Assembly: GCA_040954595.2 (NCBI GenBank)
Contig: CM082589.2
Coordinates: forward strand, 4,726,213-4,790,212
DNA length: 64,000 bases
Direction of reading: 5' to 3'
DNA from: Balanoglossus misakiensis
Lineage: Eukaryota > Animalia > Hemichordata
The position numbers and the translations under genes were made by a program. Shown here piece by piece: positions 25,601 to 39,855 of the stretch; position 1 is the stretch's first letter; each line of letters begins with the position of its first letter. The notes under the pieces were generated by a model. The model made no database searches. It was not told the origin of the DNA and was given only the letters and a program-made list of their open reading frames with translations.

Positions 25601-28600
25601 GTATCCATGAGAATATGTTTCCATTACAAATGGTCATAAAGGTTTTTAGGTTCAAAGAAACTTAGATAGATGTTTTCTAAGAACTAGACTACTGGCAAAC
25701 ATACCTTGACATTCATAGGTAATGCTGGAATACAGATAGATTCCAGATGTGCTGCAGGGGTATCCCAGGGTGCTGTCATCCACCAGGAATTCACACCAGG
25801 AGTTGTTGCCATCACACAATCCCTGGATAGTCTCCAGGGCTGAGTCTGATGAACAGGGTAGACTACTGGATGATGGCATGGCTTCGTTGGGGCACGTGGT
25901 GGTGTCATCACGCCCCCAAGTGGCAGATGTGACATTGAGGTTGTAGTTATCCATACAGGCCAATCGGACAGATTCTTCGCCACACACTGACACAGTTACC
26001 TCGTCTGAATGGAAGTAATATTGATTGATTGGTTGATTGATTGATCAGTTAATGAGACCTAATTTTTCAAGGAAAATAATAGAAACAATAACGGTCGCTT
26101 ACCTTGCTCATATTCACATATGTATTTGTTATCAGTTCCACAATCCACCGTTACCCATGCACCACTCTCGGACACGGCCACACAGCCGAAGTTTTCCAGT
26201 TCGTCGTTGTACGGCTGCGAGTCATCCCAGTGGGAATAGCCGTAGAAGGTGCCATCATGCCAGGCAAATGTGTAGAAGTCCGATTCCCGGTTCAAACCAA
26301 TCAGGAAGGAACCATCGCGGGCTTTGACGTTTGCAGCGATGAAGTCGTGTTCACGCGCTGAATTGATGCTGGCGAGATGTCCACCTGAAATATAAGCACA
26401 CGATGGTGGGGTTGTGAGAACATGTATACCATGGAGAACAAAGTGTTTCAGCTACACTACATCTAACGTTAACATCATAAGCTGACCTGCAGGACCACCT
26501 GGATTCAAATATGTGTAACCGCAAATTTGTAACCATCCACTTACCATCACCCTGACAGTTACTCTCAGCAGTAGCAGCGTCTGTTGTGTCGTTGACGAAT
26601 GAATAACAGGATGTTTCAAATGGGAAATATCCAGCTGCACAGTCCGAGTCAACTGAAAATGAAGACAGAATGAAATACTCAGTACATGTACAATGTGATG
26701 ATTCAAAATGGTTCTGCACGTGCTTTATAATTGCGGTTGGATTCTATCTATACCCGGTACTCACAGACATCGGTGCAGCCGTACACTTCCACTCGCAAAC
26801 CTATTGAATCTGTGGTGTCAACTTCAGACTGGATTCTAAGGTATCGCAGTGTGACGGGTCGCACGTCAGTATCGCCGTCTGCAGTCAGTTCAATGCGTCT
26901 CATGGTCTCTGCATCAGTGGTGCCGTTGAAGATCTGGGAAAAAATGCACGCCATCTCACTATGTAGCAGACATGTGAAGATAACTATCACTAACAAAATA
27001 GTTGTAACTTTTGATCCAGGGTAATAACTCATCTAGCTTATATGCTTGTTGTTTACCTTGGTGTTGTCACTGTCCATTTCGTTGATACTCTTCCAATTTC
27101 CACCGTCAACACTGTAATGAAGACTGAACTGACTGAGATACTTGTCCCCAAGTGGAGTCTCCACCCCTTGAACGGCAACACCGGTCACAGTCACTCTCTC
27201 TCCAAAGTCGACCTCCAGGTACTGGCCAATGGAGTCAACCTCCGACCCCGGAGCGGAGACCCAGCCGTTCGCTCGGGAGCTCACGCTCTCTGGGTTTCCG
27301 AGGCGTGCGTACTGTGGCTGGTAAGAACCTGTGACGTTGGTGGATAGGACGCTTGTGGCTGTGATGCGATCGCTGTTGAATGTCCAATCAGCAAACCCAA
27401 ATGGGGTGAAGCAACCTTGGAAAGATTAAACAAGGAAATGGCAGTGTTTTTAAAAAATGCTTTGAGGCAAAGAACACCCCATTGCCTTGTTGGAGTAACG
27501 GTATACCAGTATACTGTTGCCATGGCAAGATCATATCCTTATGTCATGATTCAGTGCAGAGGGTTAACATACATGTAGCAAAACTGGACTTGTAACTATT
27601 TCGAGAAGACTAGATTTTGTGTTTCATATCTTGCAAGCAAAAATGAATGGCACACAATCAATACAATTTACATACAAATCTACAACTAAACAAAGAGCAA
27701 TTCTGTGGTCACTAACCGGATGTGGCCGGCGCCGCCAACTGTTCCCGGTCATCAGAACATCCGTATACGGTCACGTCAGTGGATAGACCATTGTGTGTGG
27801 ATGTGGGCACCAGTTTGATGTATTGCGCCACTATGGGGTTCATCAGTGGATTGCTGACGTCATTGCTTGCGTCACTGTTACCAATGAAAGTCTACAGAAC
27901 GGGAAATATTGGCACCATCAGTATTCATTATTTTGCAAGATGGCTCGCTCAATAGTCAACCAGACCAACAAATTCCAATTTCGAAAATAGGAACTAGATT
28001 TTCATGTCCAACTCACCCGTTCTTGACCATCTTCTCTATACTGTGACCACTCCACTTTGTTGTCGCTGAAGTACATGTTGTACCCTTCCAGCCAGTTGGT
28101 ATTCTGACCCTTTGTAGAAACCACAGTGACCTTGTACAGACCCTGAAGGTCAACAATCACATTACCGCTGTCTGTTGTCGCAGAAGAACCGATGGAGGTT
28201 TCGGAACCCGGACATGCTGTGATAAAATGATGACAAAAAACAAAAGACATGCAGACCATTAATCATACATAAAGCATTACGTTTGTGAATATATAAGTTA
28301 TAACAGACAACCCTGAAATTTAAAATCAAGTAAAAAATGTCAATCAGGTCAAAGCGTTCCAAAGAATGGTGGTGTTAATGACGTTAATACTGACTCACTA
28401 CCTGAAAAGATTATTTATTCCCTAAAACACTGTATAACAGTTTGAAACTGACAAAAATACACAGACTTGTTACCTGTAGGGTCATAGCAGCCATAGACTT
28501 CCACTCTGGTACAGCTGCTATCTCCTTCCCACGAGTGCGGCACAAATATCACACCCTGTACGTTGTCTATCGGATCAATGGTTGTTTTGACAATGCCAGT

Positions 28601-31600
28601 CTTGTCTATGTTGCCATAGAACAGCTAAAATGAAGTTGTCAAATAAAAATGGCATGAGGATAGTCACACTCGTTCTAGTTTAATTCTCCCAAACTGTATG
28701 TATATAGAAACAAACACAAGCATTTAGCTCCACCATCAAACTACGTCATGAGGAATTCATCATGATAGATGGTATAGATGAGCTTTAACCTGAGGCATCT
28801 CAGTCTACTAGCACCCTCTGAGGGCTGCATTTTTGCTAAATGGTTCTGATATTTTTTTCTATATAAATAATAACAAATTGAACCCTGAGGACATTATGGG
28901 CTCAGTGACTTACTGTAGTTTTGTTGTTTTCTGTGTAGAGATCGTAGTTCTCCCCGTCTGTTGTGTACATGAGGTAGTAATAAGACACCCACTGTTCTAG
29001 CTGCGAACTGCCTTGAACACCGACCATGGTTAGTGTAATCGGTGTTTGCAATGTCACTTGTATTCCCTGGGTCTCGTTGGTGTTGTTGTTTAACCAGCAT
29101 TGTTCTCCTGTTGATAATCATCAAAAACTACAATTATCTGACCAGTTTGTGATTTCGATGTTTGGTTGATATAGGCTTGCTTTTGAAACATTTAAATTGA
29201 AAAGTGCATCGGACAACAATGGGATATTTAAGACACGCATTTCGTTGTGACACTACTGAAACTTGCCTGTGGTGGTTCCAATATTAAATCTGGCATGTTT
29301 TGCCATGTTCGTCTTAGAAGAAGCACTACTGGTAGCATGCATATCTCCATCGGGTATGCGGCCATCTTCCACACCAAGTGCCTCGTAACAATCTAGGAGA
29401 AATGCATACAGTTATTAATATGCAGCATATAATGTTAAAATCAAAGCATGCTTTTCAAAAAAGACAAGCATCACCCCAACGTACCTCCACAAGCACTGGC
29501 CGCGTCACATGGCTGGAATTCTTCCGTGGCATCGGATTCCGGACAATCGGCGCCGCCGTGTTCTGGAGGAGGGTTAGTGCACGTCCTGGTGCGGTGTTTC
29601 ATTCCCTGGGTACCGCACGACACTGTGCATGTCAGACTGGACCACGCTTCCCAGGTCGTCCACTGTCCACCAACTGTTTGGATAACAAAGAAGGTATAAC
29701 AAAGCATAAATATCTAGACTAAGTCTGATCGGGTGAGAACCAATATTAAGGCAAACATATGGGTACAGATGGATATACAAAATTAAGACAGCATATGGCA
29801 TCAAGAACATAAAACTGAAGAGCGACTTCGCACTATTAATTGTGTACAGTACGGCGGATTGGTTTAACCCCTTCATCACCATCAATTAAAGGGATGTATG
29901 TCTGTGAGACAGCGGACTTACCTGGACACGGATCAGTGTTACAGTCCTGAGACTCTTCATCCGCATCGCTAGCAGGGCAGTCGTTACCATTGTACTTCGG
30001 TGCCGGGTTGGTGCAGGTTCTGGTCCTGGTCTGAGTGGAACCACCACACGACACAGGGCAAGTACTCCAAGCACTCCACGTTGTCCACATGCCATGTACT
30101 AGGAAGTAAGATGATGTAAAATTTCACATAGTTGTCCACTCGACATTACTTGATACATTAAAATTTCAATATTGTGGTTAAAGGTGCCCATTTCAATCCC
30201 GTTCAGAACTTTGGATTGATACGGTGTGTATTGACTGTGGTTATATGTAAAACGACGAAGTGTGACTCAACAAAGAAGTTGCACCTTATACTTCATTACA
30301 CACAGGGAAATCTCACTAGCGAAACAATGGCCCTAGGTTATGTACTTACTTGCATTGTAGTAACCATAGAGTTCCACTCTCATAGCAATGCTGTTGTACC
30401 ACGACACTGGTTGAAATCGCACAGAATCTGCAGTCACCTCGCTGAAAGTACTGGTGGCAATCGTGGATTCATCAAAACTTCCCCAGAAAACCTGTCCATC
30501 AGAAAACATGACGCATCAACTTGAAAATTCTTCCTGCAATACCTGAAAAAAAGTTATTCACATTTTTTATCTGAATTAACAACTTTCATGAAACCAGCAT
30601 TTACCTTATTTTCACCACTTTCTTGTACGTATTCCCACTCGGATCCATTGTAGCTATACAGGACATAGTATTCCTCCACCCACTGTTTGGTGCCATCGCT
30701 AGCCTGGCGACCTTGCACGGCGACCCGTTTCAACGTGACCGTATCCGGCAGCTCAATCTCCAGGTAGTCATCCGAGTCGGCGTTGCTCGGCACCCACGCT
30801 TTGTCGGCGTTGCTGTCGCCGATCCTGGCCCACGACCCCACGTAGCTGCTGCCGCTGCCCTCCGAGGCAGTCATGGCCGAGTCGGCGATGGTGTACGTGC
30901 CGCCAGTTTGCACACCGAGAGCGTAGTTGTCAGACGCTGAAAGCAGAGATTATACAGGTTAGACATCGCGAACACTGCAATGGCTAGAGCAGTGGATTCA
31001 TGATCGCAGGATTGTGGTTTCGTACCACGGCATGGCTGTGGCACTTTACTGCTCATTGCACCTATCTGACTTACAAGAACAGGATGACGCTGCACTGCAT
31101 GCTGCCCATGTTGTGTTATCCGTCCCACAGTCGTTTCCACCGTACTGCGGCGGTGGGTTGTCGCAATCCCGGGCCTGTTCCTTGACACCGCCGCTGCCAC
31201 AATCCACGCTGCACGCAGTGATATCATACCAGTTACCCCAAGCGCCATCAACTGCAATGCAAACAAATCAGTGAATTTAAAAGTTTGATCGTGAACAAAT
31301 GATAGAAATCCACATTTTTGTAATAGACGGATCCGATGATGAATATGCACGCCACGTTTTGTAACTGCTGATGTGAAAAATTAAAAACGTCACTTACTCG
31401 GACAGTTCTGGGTGTTGCAATCTTGAGTCCCGCTGGACGAACCTGGACAGGTATTACCAGAATGCTTAGGTGCTGGGTTATCGCACGTTCGGCTGCGAGA
31501 TTGCGTCCCACCACCGCACGTCTTGCTACAGGTCTCCCAGTCGCTCCACGCACTCCATTCACCGTCAACTACAAAGTTTGGAACAGGGTAAAGAGAAATG

Positions 31601-34600
31601 TCACGTACATACACTTCGCCATTTTAAGAACCAGTTCAAAATGTAAGGACGGGTATGAAGTTGAAGGCAACATAGCCCATGGCCCACCACCCAACAGAGA
31701 TTACATGGCCTATGAACTCACTTGGATTATAAATGCCGTAGACTTCCACCCTCATACAGATAGACCCGCTCCATGACTCTGGATGGAACCGTACATAGCT
31801 GACCGGTGATACTTTCGTCAGACTGTTCATGACTAGAGTGCTACCATCAAAATTACCATGGAATGTCTGAAATAAGAAAATTAACAATTAATTGTAATAA
31901 ACAGAGAAATGTGTCTTTGTAGATACCTTTCGCTAACAAGGACATCTCTTTAGTACTAAGAAAATATCTTTTATATAAAAGACGTATAAGTCATCAACAG
32001 GATTTAGTTGATAAACCAAAAATCCCCGATATTGATTGAAAAAAAATGGAGAGGGGAACTTCTCCATCGTTTATAACCTATATTGTCCAATTCCCTGTGA
32101 CACAAGATGGAACTTACATGCACTTCTCCATTTTCCGTGTAAAAGTCCCAGTCTGTTCCATTCTGACTGTAGGAGACGTTGAATTCCACGACGTGGTAAT
32201 CATCAGAGGGACGACCTTTGGTCCCCACCATTTTCAACGTGATGGGATCTTCCAGTTGAACCTGGATCCAGTCGCCCGTGTCCGGGTTTGCCGGCGACCA
32301 GCAATGGGTGTTGGTGGTGTCCCCAAGTCTGGCCCACGTGGCCGAGTAGTCGCCCCCGCTGCCGGTTTCGGACTCCGTCAGTTGGGCGTCGGGAACCGTG
32401 CCGTCGGTCACTCCCAGGGCGTTATTTTCGTTGGCTACAGTCGATATAACAGTGAGAATGTAATGACTTAGGGACTGGTCAGTTTCTTCGATCTGGGGCG
32501 GAAGATTCATGGGATCACCTTGTTTTGGAATTGGGTGATAAGAGGGTCACTTCTCTGATAAAATTTATCTCAGGTGTCTGGATTTTGAAATTAGTGATGT
32601 GCACTCTTACCACTGCAAGTCGAGGCGGCATTACAGGAATACCATCTCTCCGTGTCACCAGTGCAGTTGTTGCCACCATAGGCAGGGGCCGGGTTATTAC
32701 ACTCGCGGGTTTGGAACTCCACGCCGTCGTTGCCACAATCGATGCTGCACGCACCGGTTGACACCCAGGAACCAAAGACTCCATCAACTGTAAACACACA
32801 CATGAACACAGTAAATTATAGTTGAGAGGTTATTCTAATACACACAGAGCGCATACCATTTTGACAACAAGCACAACATATTTCCCCTTCCACGTCACCA
32901 GAACAATAGCAGCAACAACAGCAGCACAAACATCAATAACTGCTCTTACTTGGGCACGGATTTGTGTTGCAGTTCTGACTCTCGGAGCTGTCTCCAGAAC
33001 ACGTGCTGCCACTGAACTGCGGTGTCGGGTTGTTGCACGACCTGCTCCTGTCTTGAGTGCCTGTACCACACGTCTTTGTACAGCTTCCCCAGGCTGACCA
33101 GGCGCCATAGCCACCATCAACTAATGACAGAATAGAAGCCAGAACAACTTGTTAGCCTTTATGATGTTAAAAACCTTACAGCTTTCAAGTATTCAGTTTT
33201 CACATGGGAATCTGTTCTTACAGATTGGCAGGTCATACACAGTGTTCCATGCTTGTCAAGTGTTTCATGATGTCAGACATGATCACGCCAGATAGGCGTG
33301 TACTCTTACTTGGTTGGTATTCTCCGTAGACGCCAACTCGCATTGAGATCTGAGTGGACCACGAGTATGGGTAGATGCGAATATATTCAACATTGGTCAG
33401 GGCAGTGGTAAAGGTCTCACGCACTTCGGTGGAAGCGTCAAAGTTGCCAGTGAATATCTGCAAGGGGATCATGTTTTGATGTTCGTTATTACACTTCAGG
33501 TGAAGTGAGTAAGGTACATGTAATGCAGTAAACCTTGTCCAGACAGGCCTAATCGGGAAACCTGCCTTAACACGAAGTTCTCCGAACAATTGTGAATATG
33601 CAACTGACCTTTGGGCTTCCGTTCTCCTCATAGTCATACCAAACTGTTCCGTTTTCATCCGTGCTGTACGACAGAGTGTACTCGGTCACGTACTGGGTGG
33701 CATAGTTTGGTCGGCCGGCGATGCCGACCATTCTGACGGTAGCCGTGTACGGGAAACGAATTTCGAAGTAGTCGGACGTATCCGAATTAGCCGGCACCCA
33801 CGCATAGTTGTTGTTCGTCTGACTGATGCGGCCGTAGGTGGCCGTGTATGCGCCGCTGTTTCCTTCCGACTCCGACAGGTGGCTGTCCGGGATGGTTCCA
33901 TCGTCCATGCCCAGTTCATCGTAGTCACCACCTGAAAGTAGACCGCATTCATCATGAACAATTCATACTTCAGGTAAAATGCGTCTCGAAGTCTTAAGCT
34001 TCCTGTCACATTTTGCTCAGGGCAACTTTAGGATATTCTCTCATAAACTTGAGAATAAGAATCGGGGGTCACCATGCAAAATTTTGATGACAGAACCAAA
34101 TTGTGTCAAATTCTTTCAAATTCGAAATTCAAAATGGCCGCCAATCTTTGTGTTAACTCTTATACTGACCAATATCAACGTAACCACAACTTACTGGTAC
34201 AAGTGGACGATGCACTACAGGCGCCCCAATCAATGTCAACTCCTGAGCAGTCGCTTCCACCATGATACGGCCCATTACAAGTTCTTGTTCGGTAGTACGC
34301 GCCGCTGCTGCCACACGCCACGGAACACGTACCCCACGCGCCCCAAGTGTTCCACACTCCATCAACTAAAAACGAAAAAAATAAATTCCATGTATCATGC
34401 TGAAAACGGTGGGTGACTACGGACATCAACCTGGACCATTACAAATAATAGACAGTGTACTTACTTGGACACGGGTCATCTCCGCAACGCCTTGCGTCAT
34501 TGCTGCCACCTTGATCTGGTGATACAAGAAAAGTATACACCTCATCAGAACTGAAACGTTCGTGCGTTGATAATAATGCATTGTACTTGTAATTGTCACA

Positions 34601-37600
34601 TTTGTTAATTGGAACTGGTAATAAGCTTACCTTGAGTGATAATGATTATTGGACATGTTTTGATACTTATATCGCAAAGGAAACTATTTAAAAATATCTA
34701 CATGACATTATTTTCAACTGTCTATCACCTGCATGGCTATCTGTAGGAGTTGGTACACTCACAGTTTATGTGATTGAACTTCCTAATAGGCTAACGTCAT
34801 AGTCTTACTTCCCTCAGACTCAGCGGTAATACCAACAGAATCAGACAACTTACTCAGATACAGCAACTTTGCCAGCTTGGCGTCGAAGAAACGGTAAAAC
34901 AGCATCAGATCGCTCACTGCCGCCGCGTCCGGGTGGCTGTTGGTGCTGGTCACGGCGTTGTTCGTTGTGCCGATGTACAACTGTGTGGCACTCGCCGACT
35001 GGGAGTGGGTCGCCTTGGTGTGAAGGTATGTGTAAAGCTCCCCGTCAATGTAGACGTCCACTCCGTAGCTGAGCCTCAGAGCCACGACCACGTGGAACCA
35101 TTCGTCGTCCGGGAAGTTGGTGGTCGCATAGAAGATGTATTTCTCACTACTGTCAGCCCGGACTATAACCCTCAGCGCATAGACAGAGTTGTAGATCCTA
35201 TACGAGAGGCTGACGCCCTTACTGGCACCGGCTGTTGCGTAGATAAACGTTTCAGTGGAGGTGACGTCGGCGTGGGCTATCTTCAACCACACCGAGGTCG
35301 TCAGCCCCTGCGTGCACATTTGCGGCTTAGACAGGCACGTTTTCTCGAAGCTTCCCATGTTCAGGTAGTAGCTGTCGGCAAAGTGCAGCGCGCACCGCTG
35401 GCTGGCCGAGGGCCTGGCGTCGACCAGCGAGAACGTCTGTGACATGGTGCCGAAGATGTCTCCCGCGTTGGGGTACACGGTGTCTGAGACGCACGCTTTC
35501 TGACAAGAGTGGTAGTCGGTGTCCTCTTTGTAACACTTGCCGCTGAGATCCCAGTGGAATGTTGGTTCCAGGGCTGAAAGAAAATACAGCGAAACAATTA
35601 CGCCCCTTCAACTGCCGGAGTATCTGGGACCGTGCAAGGTTTCCACTGGTGACTTTTGGCCCTTTATACACTAAGGTAAACCAAATTCATCATCGTTCAC
35701 AAAATTATAAACTTCATAACTTTTTCTACATTTTCTTTCGTCGGTTTTGATCATAACACATGGCCCGAAGTTACAGAACTAGTAAGAAAATGTTGCAACG
35801 ACATTTTGACAGGTGTCGAGACTGGAAACACATTTTAGAATACATGTACATTTACATGTATCTCTGTGACATGTCTGGATGGAAGGCTGATGTTCTACAT
35901 CAGACTTCTACATTTGCCTGTCTACATGGTACAGTGTAAAACCGTCAGTGAAACGGCTGAACTTACGTGTCCTGTCCTCTCTCACCCAGTACCATATAAC
36001 GCCGGGACTGCTCTGCTCAGAGGACATCCAAGGGGCGGGGTCATACGACGTGCTGCCGCAGTTGCACACCACCGTTCCCCAGGTGGAGGAGTCGCCGGTC
36101 AACTTGGCGACCAACAACAAATCGCCGGTTGTTTTAATCCAGGGCATGACGTCACGCACAGTGTTGCTGGACATGGTCCAGCTGCTGAACCTCTCCACAA
36201 GGACGCTCGACTGACTGTGGTCGTCTTCCACGGTGAACGAGTACGAGGACGGCACCTCCCAGATGCCGCCGTAGAGTCCAAACTGGTTTGCCTCAAGACG
36301 ATACTACATGTAAAGAAACAAAAATAAGTGTCAATGAATAGTCAACTGTAAATAGGCTTCAATCACATTTTCTTCTTGAAACTGGGACAAGAACATGGTT
36401 ATTATTATTAATTTAACCATGCTAGACTGTTGATCCAAGAACTCATCTCACATTGTCGAGAATCATTTAAACACACAACACACAGTAATATGTACAGAAA
36501 ATATAAAAAAACTATGAAATACCGGTAAAAAAGTTAGAATACGAAAGAAGCAGATAAGACTTAGTAGAAACCCAGTTTCGCCCATGGGATTTTTCTCTCA
36601 AATTGTTTGTGCACGGACTCTACCAACCTGACATTTTTCTCATTGTAAGACCCACCCACACCATCAATACATTGATACACCTGTGCCCACAGGTTGGAGT
36701 TGACCCTGACCTTGAACGTGGATCCATTGCCAGTGGCGGTAATCTCATCCGCATACCCCAGCACCGAGTAGTCACTGGTGATAGAGGGCGACTGCACGTT
36801 CCTCTGCTTCAGGTTGGAGGAGGACCAGCCGCTCGGCTGAGCTGCGGTGACCAGCAACGTCCAGCCGCCTCCGTTGCGTGTCATGTCGCAGTACACACCC
36901 CCGCTGTAGGAGCTCAGTTTTACGTCGTAGATTCCGTCGGGCGGCGACTGACCACGCGCCTTTGCTATCTTGTAATGTGCATTACAAGAATGATATTCTG
37001 GGAAGGCAAATTGAATACGGTGATTGTTTTATCATCACTCAAAGCACAAGTCTTAAATGTGTACGAGTCAGTACATGCATGAAGATGCGTTTGCCACCCA
37101 TCCACCCCCCCCACACACACACTCACAATACCCTAACAACAAAAATCACATCCATCTGATGTTTGTGTTAGTAGGTGATCGGCCCTGAAGCCACATATGC
37201 AATATGTGCATAACAAGCTCCCGAAGACGTACCTAGTTCGTAATAGTCAAACGACACCTCCGTGTTAGCGACAGCTGTCAGAGAAACGGAGAGACTGGTG
37301 GCGCTCTCGTCACTCAAGACGCAATCCTCCGACTCCAGGCTGTACTCGAACGATGAGCAGTTCAGGGTTGTCTCGATGAGACACAGTGAGGCGCATTTCT
37401 CTACTGACGTCACATTGGTGTAAGTGATTTCATCATATCCGTTTAACGTGTGGCCCTCTGTGGCAGCGAAATACTGCAACGGATCTCCTGTGGATGTCAA
37501 TCAGATAAAAATGCATTGTTTTGCTACAAATTTTAGTTGTGATCGCCTCAGGGAACGTCTTAGGAACATGAACGCCATCTTCATTTATCCATTATTACAG

Positions 37601-39786
37601 TTTTCAAGTTTAAGTTTGTGCCTTTTTATAGAAACCAACGTCACGTATACTTTAAATATACACAAAACCATGTCATCAATGCATTAAACTGTCAGCATAC
37701 CACAACAGAGGCAAGTTATTTCTTACCTAGACCGTCGATGAATTCGTCACCTTGGCAACGGATTGCGCCATGATCTGGGGTGGGGTTGGAGCAAGTGCGT
37801 GTGCGTTGTTGAACCCCCGAGCCTTCACAGGTGACGGTGCACGACCCCCATGACCCCCACTCAGTCCAGCCTCCAACCACTGGAAAAAGAATTGGCTTAC
37901 ATATCACTCAATTGTAATGGTACAGATAGTAAAAGTGTCTTCCGTCATTGTGCATGTCAGCAAGATTTTTTTATTGAAAATTGTTTGTGGCGGGTGCCTG
38001 TGGTTGCAAGCATATATCTATAGATCTCCTCGCATGTTGGATTGATGTTGAGATCATGATTGCGGACAACATGAAACGCCCATGACTGAACATTCGGTGG
38101 ATGAATCCACCTGACATTTCACACAAGTTGTTTACCTGGTTGGTAGGCGCCGTACAGTTCGGTCCTCAAGCTGATTTCGCCTACCCAAGTCTGCGGCATG
38201 ATTTTCACATATCTGACATCAGGGATCAGACCAAGACTGTGTCTCACAACGGTGGTTTCGTCAAAATTGGCCTGGAATAGCTGAAAGTCAAACAAAAATG
38301 TACAAATCATCACCACTTGCTCAAAGACACAAAAGTGACGTTACAATTTCTATCCTTCATCAGCACTGTTTTAATGTAGTTATAATCTTACTTTGGTATC
38401 ATTGTTTTCGTCCGTGTAATTGAACCAATCGACGCCATCTGCGCTGTACAGCAGGTGGTAGGAAGTCACGTATTTGGCAACGCTTGACCGCCCGCTGGTG
38501 GCCACGCCCTTCAAGGTCACGGGGTCAACCAGGTCAATCAAGAGCCAGTCGTCCGGGTCGGGGTCGCTGGGACACCAGGCTTCGGTTCCATTGGAGGCGT
38601 AGAGTCTAGCGGCAGCGGCACCGTTCGAGCCGCCGGATGCTGTCTGGGACACGCTGAGCTGGGAGTCTGTGATCTCGCCAGTGGCCATGCCGAGGGCCCC
38701 GTCTTCAATGTCTGTCAACGTAGAAGTAAGAGTTCGATAAGCTGACTAAACTAAATGAATACAATACATGAATACGTCCATAATGTTTGATCAATACCAA
38801 ATATGAATCGTCGCACACGTTATGTCAATATACAGAAGGTGTTGAAACAATCAACCTGTGATAGAACATATTTCAGTGAGAAGAATAACCTAAATATCTA
38901 TAGCTTATCAAAAGAAACTAAAATAACCAATAGGTGTCAAAATTAAGCAACTTTGACCACTTTATCGTACTTCGTATGAAGCAGTAGACATCATATTTGC
39001 TTGATGTATCCACAGATCCCCAGTTAATTATTCCGGCGGACGAACCGCATCCCGTCTGGGCGTACTGCAACGGGAAGCGCACAGTGGCGTCCGACAGCCA
39101 CCCGGCAGCACACACGTGCAGACCGGCTTCCCAGGCGGCGTACAGTTCACTGTAGGTGGCCACCTCTGCTCCGTACTTCTTGCACTCGGCCTGGGCGTCG
39201 CTGTAGGTCAGGGAGTAGGTCCCCCCGGATCCCCGCGCATGGAAGGCTAGTTGAGCTGTAAGACACCATGTGAATTAATTACTGCAGTATTGCAAATTTT
39301 CAGAGAAATGAAAGTTTTGTTTTCTCTCGGGTTCACAATTTTGCTGTAATCCTCAAAATCTATCCTCAATTCAAATACCAAAATTGACCTGCGTTTGTTG
39401 TCTATATGTAACCGTTACTACGGCAACTACTACATGGCTGCGGAGGACAATGGATTGACCCAACACTCACCCGTGTACACTTCAACTTCACACAGCGTCA
39501 TAGCTACAGTGGAGTTGATGGTCTGGATGCTGACGTAGCGTCCGGGTATCGGTTCCACGCACTCAACCGTCATGGTGGCGGCGGCTTCCGCCACGATTTC
39601 GCCGCAACGGAAGTTCTCAGTGTGATCCCAGTTCATGCCGACCCGTACCTCCATATTGTCAAGTCTTGCCACTGGGTGAGGAGGAAATATAATATTAGGA
39701 GGAATATGTTTCAAATGCCAACAGGCACTCAATACACTCTACATACAAGAATTTACAACAATGACGTCATCATCATCGTCATCATT

Positions 39787-39820
<34 letters not shown>

Positions 39821-39821
39821 A

Positions 39822-39855
<34 letters not shown>

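Noticed and set aside
34729-34740. Possible 12-nt phase 1-1 microexon (ctacag|atagccatgcag|gtgata on minus)
   Set aside because: Weak donor and easily a chance match; cannot be supported without reads.
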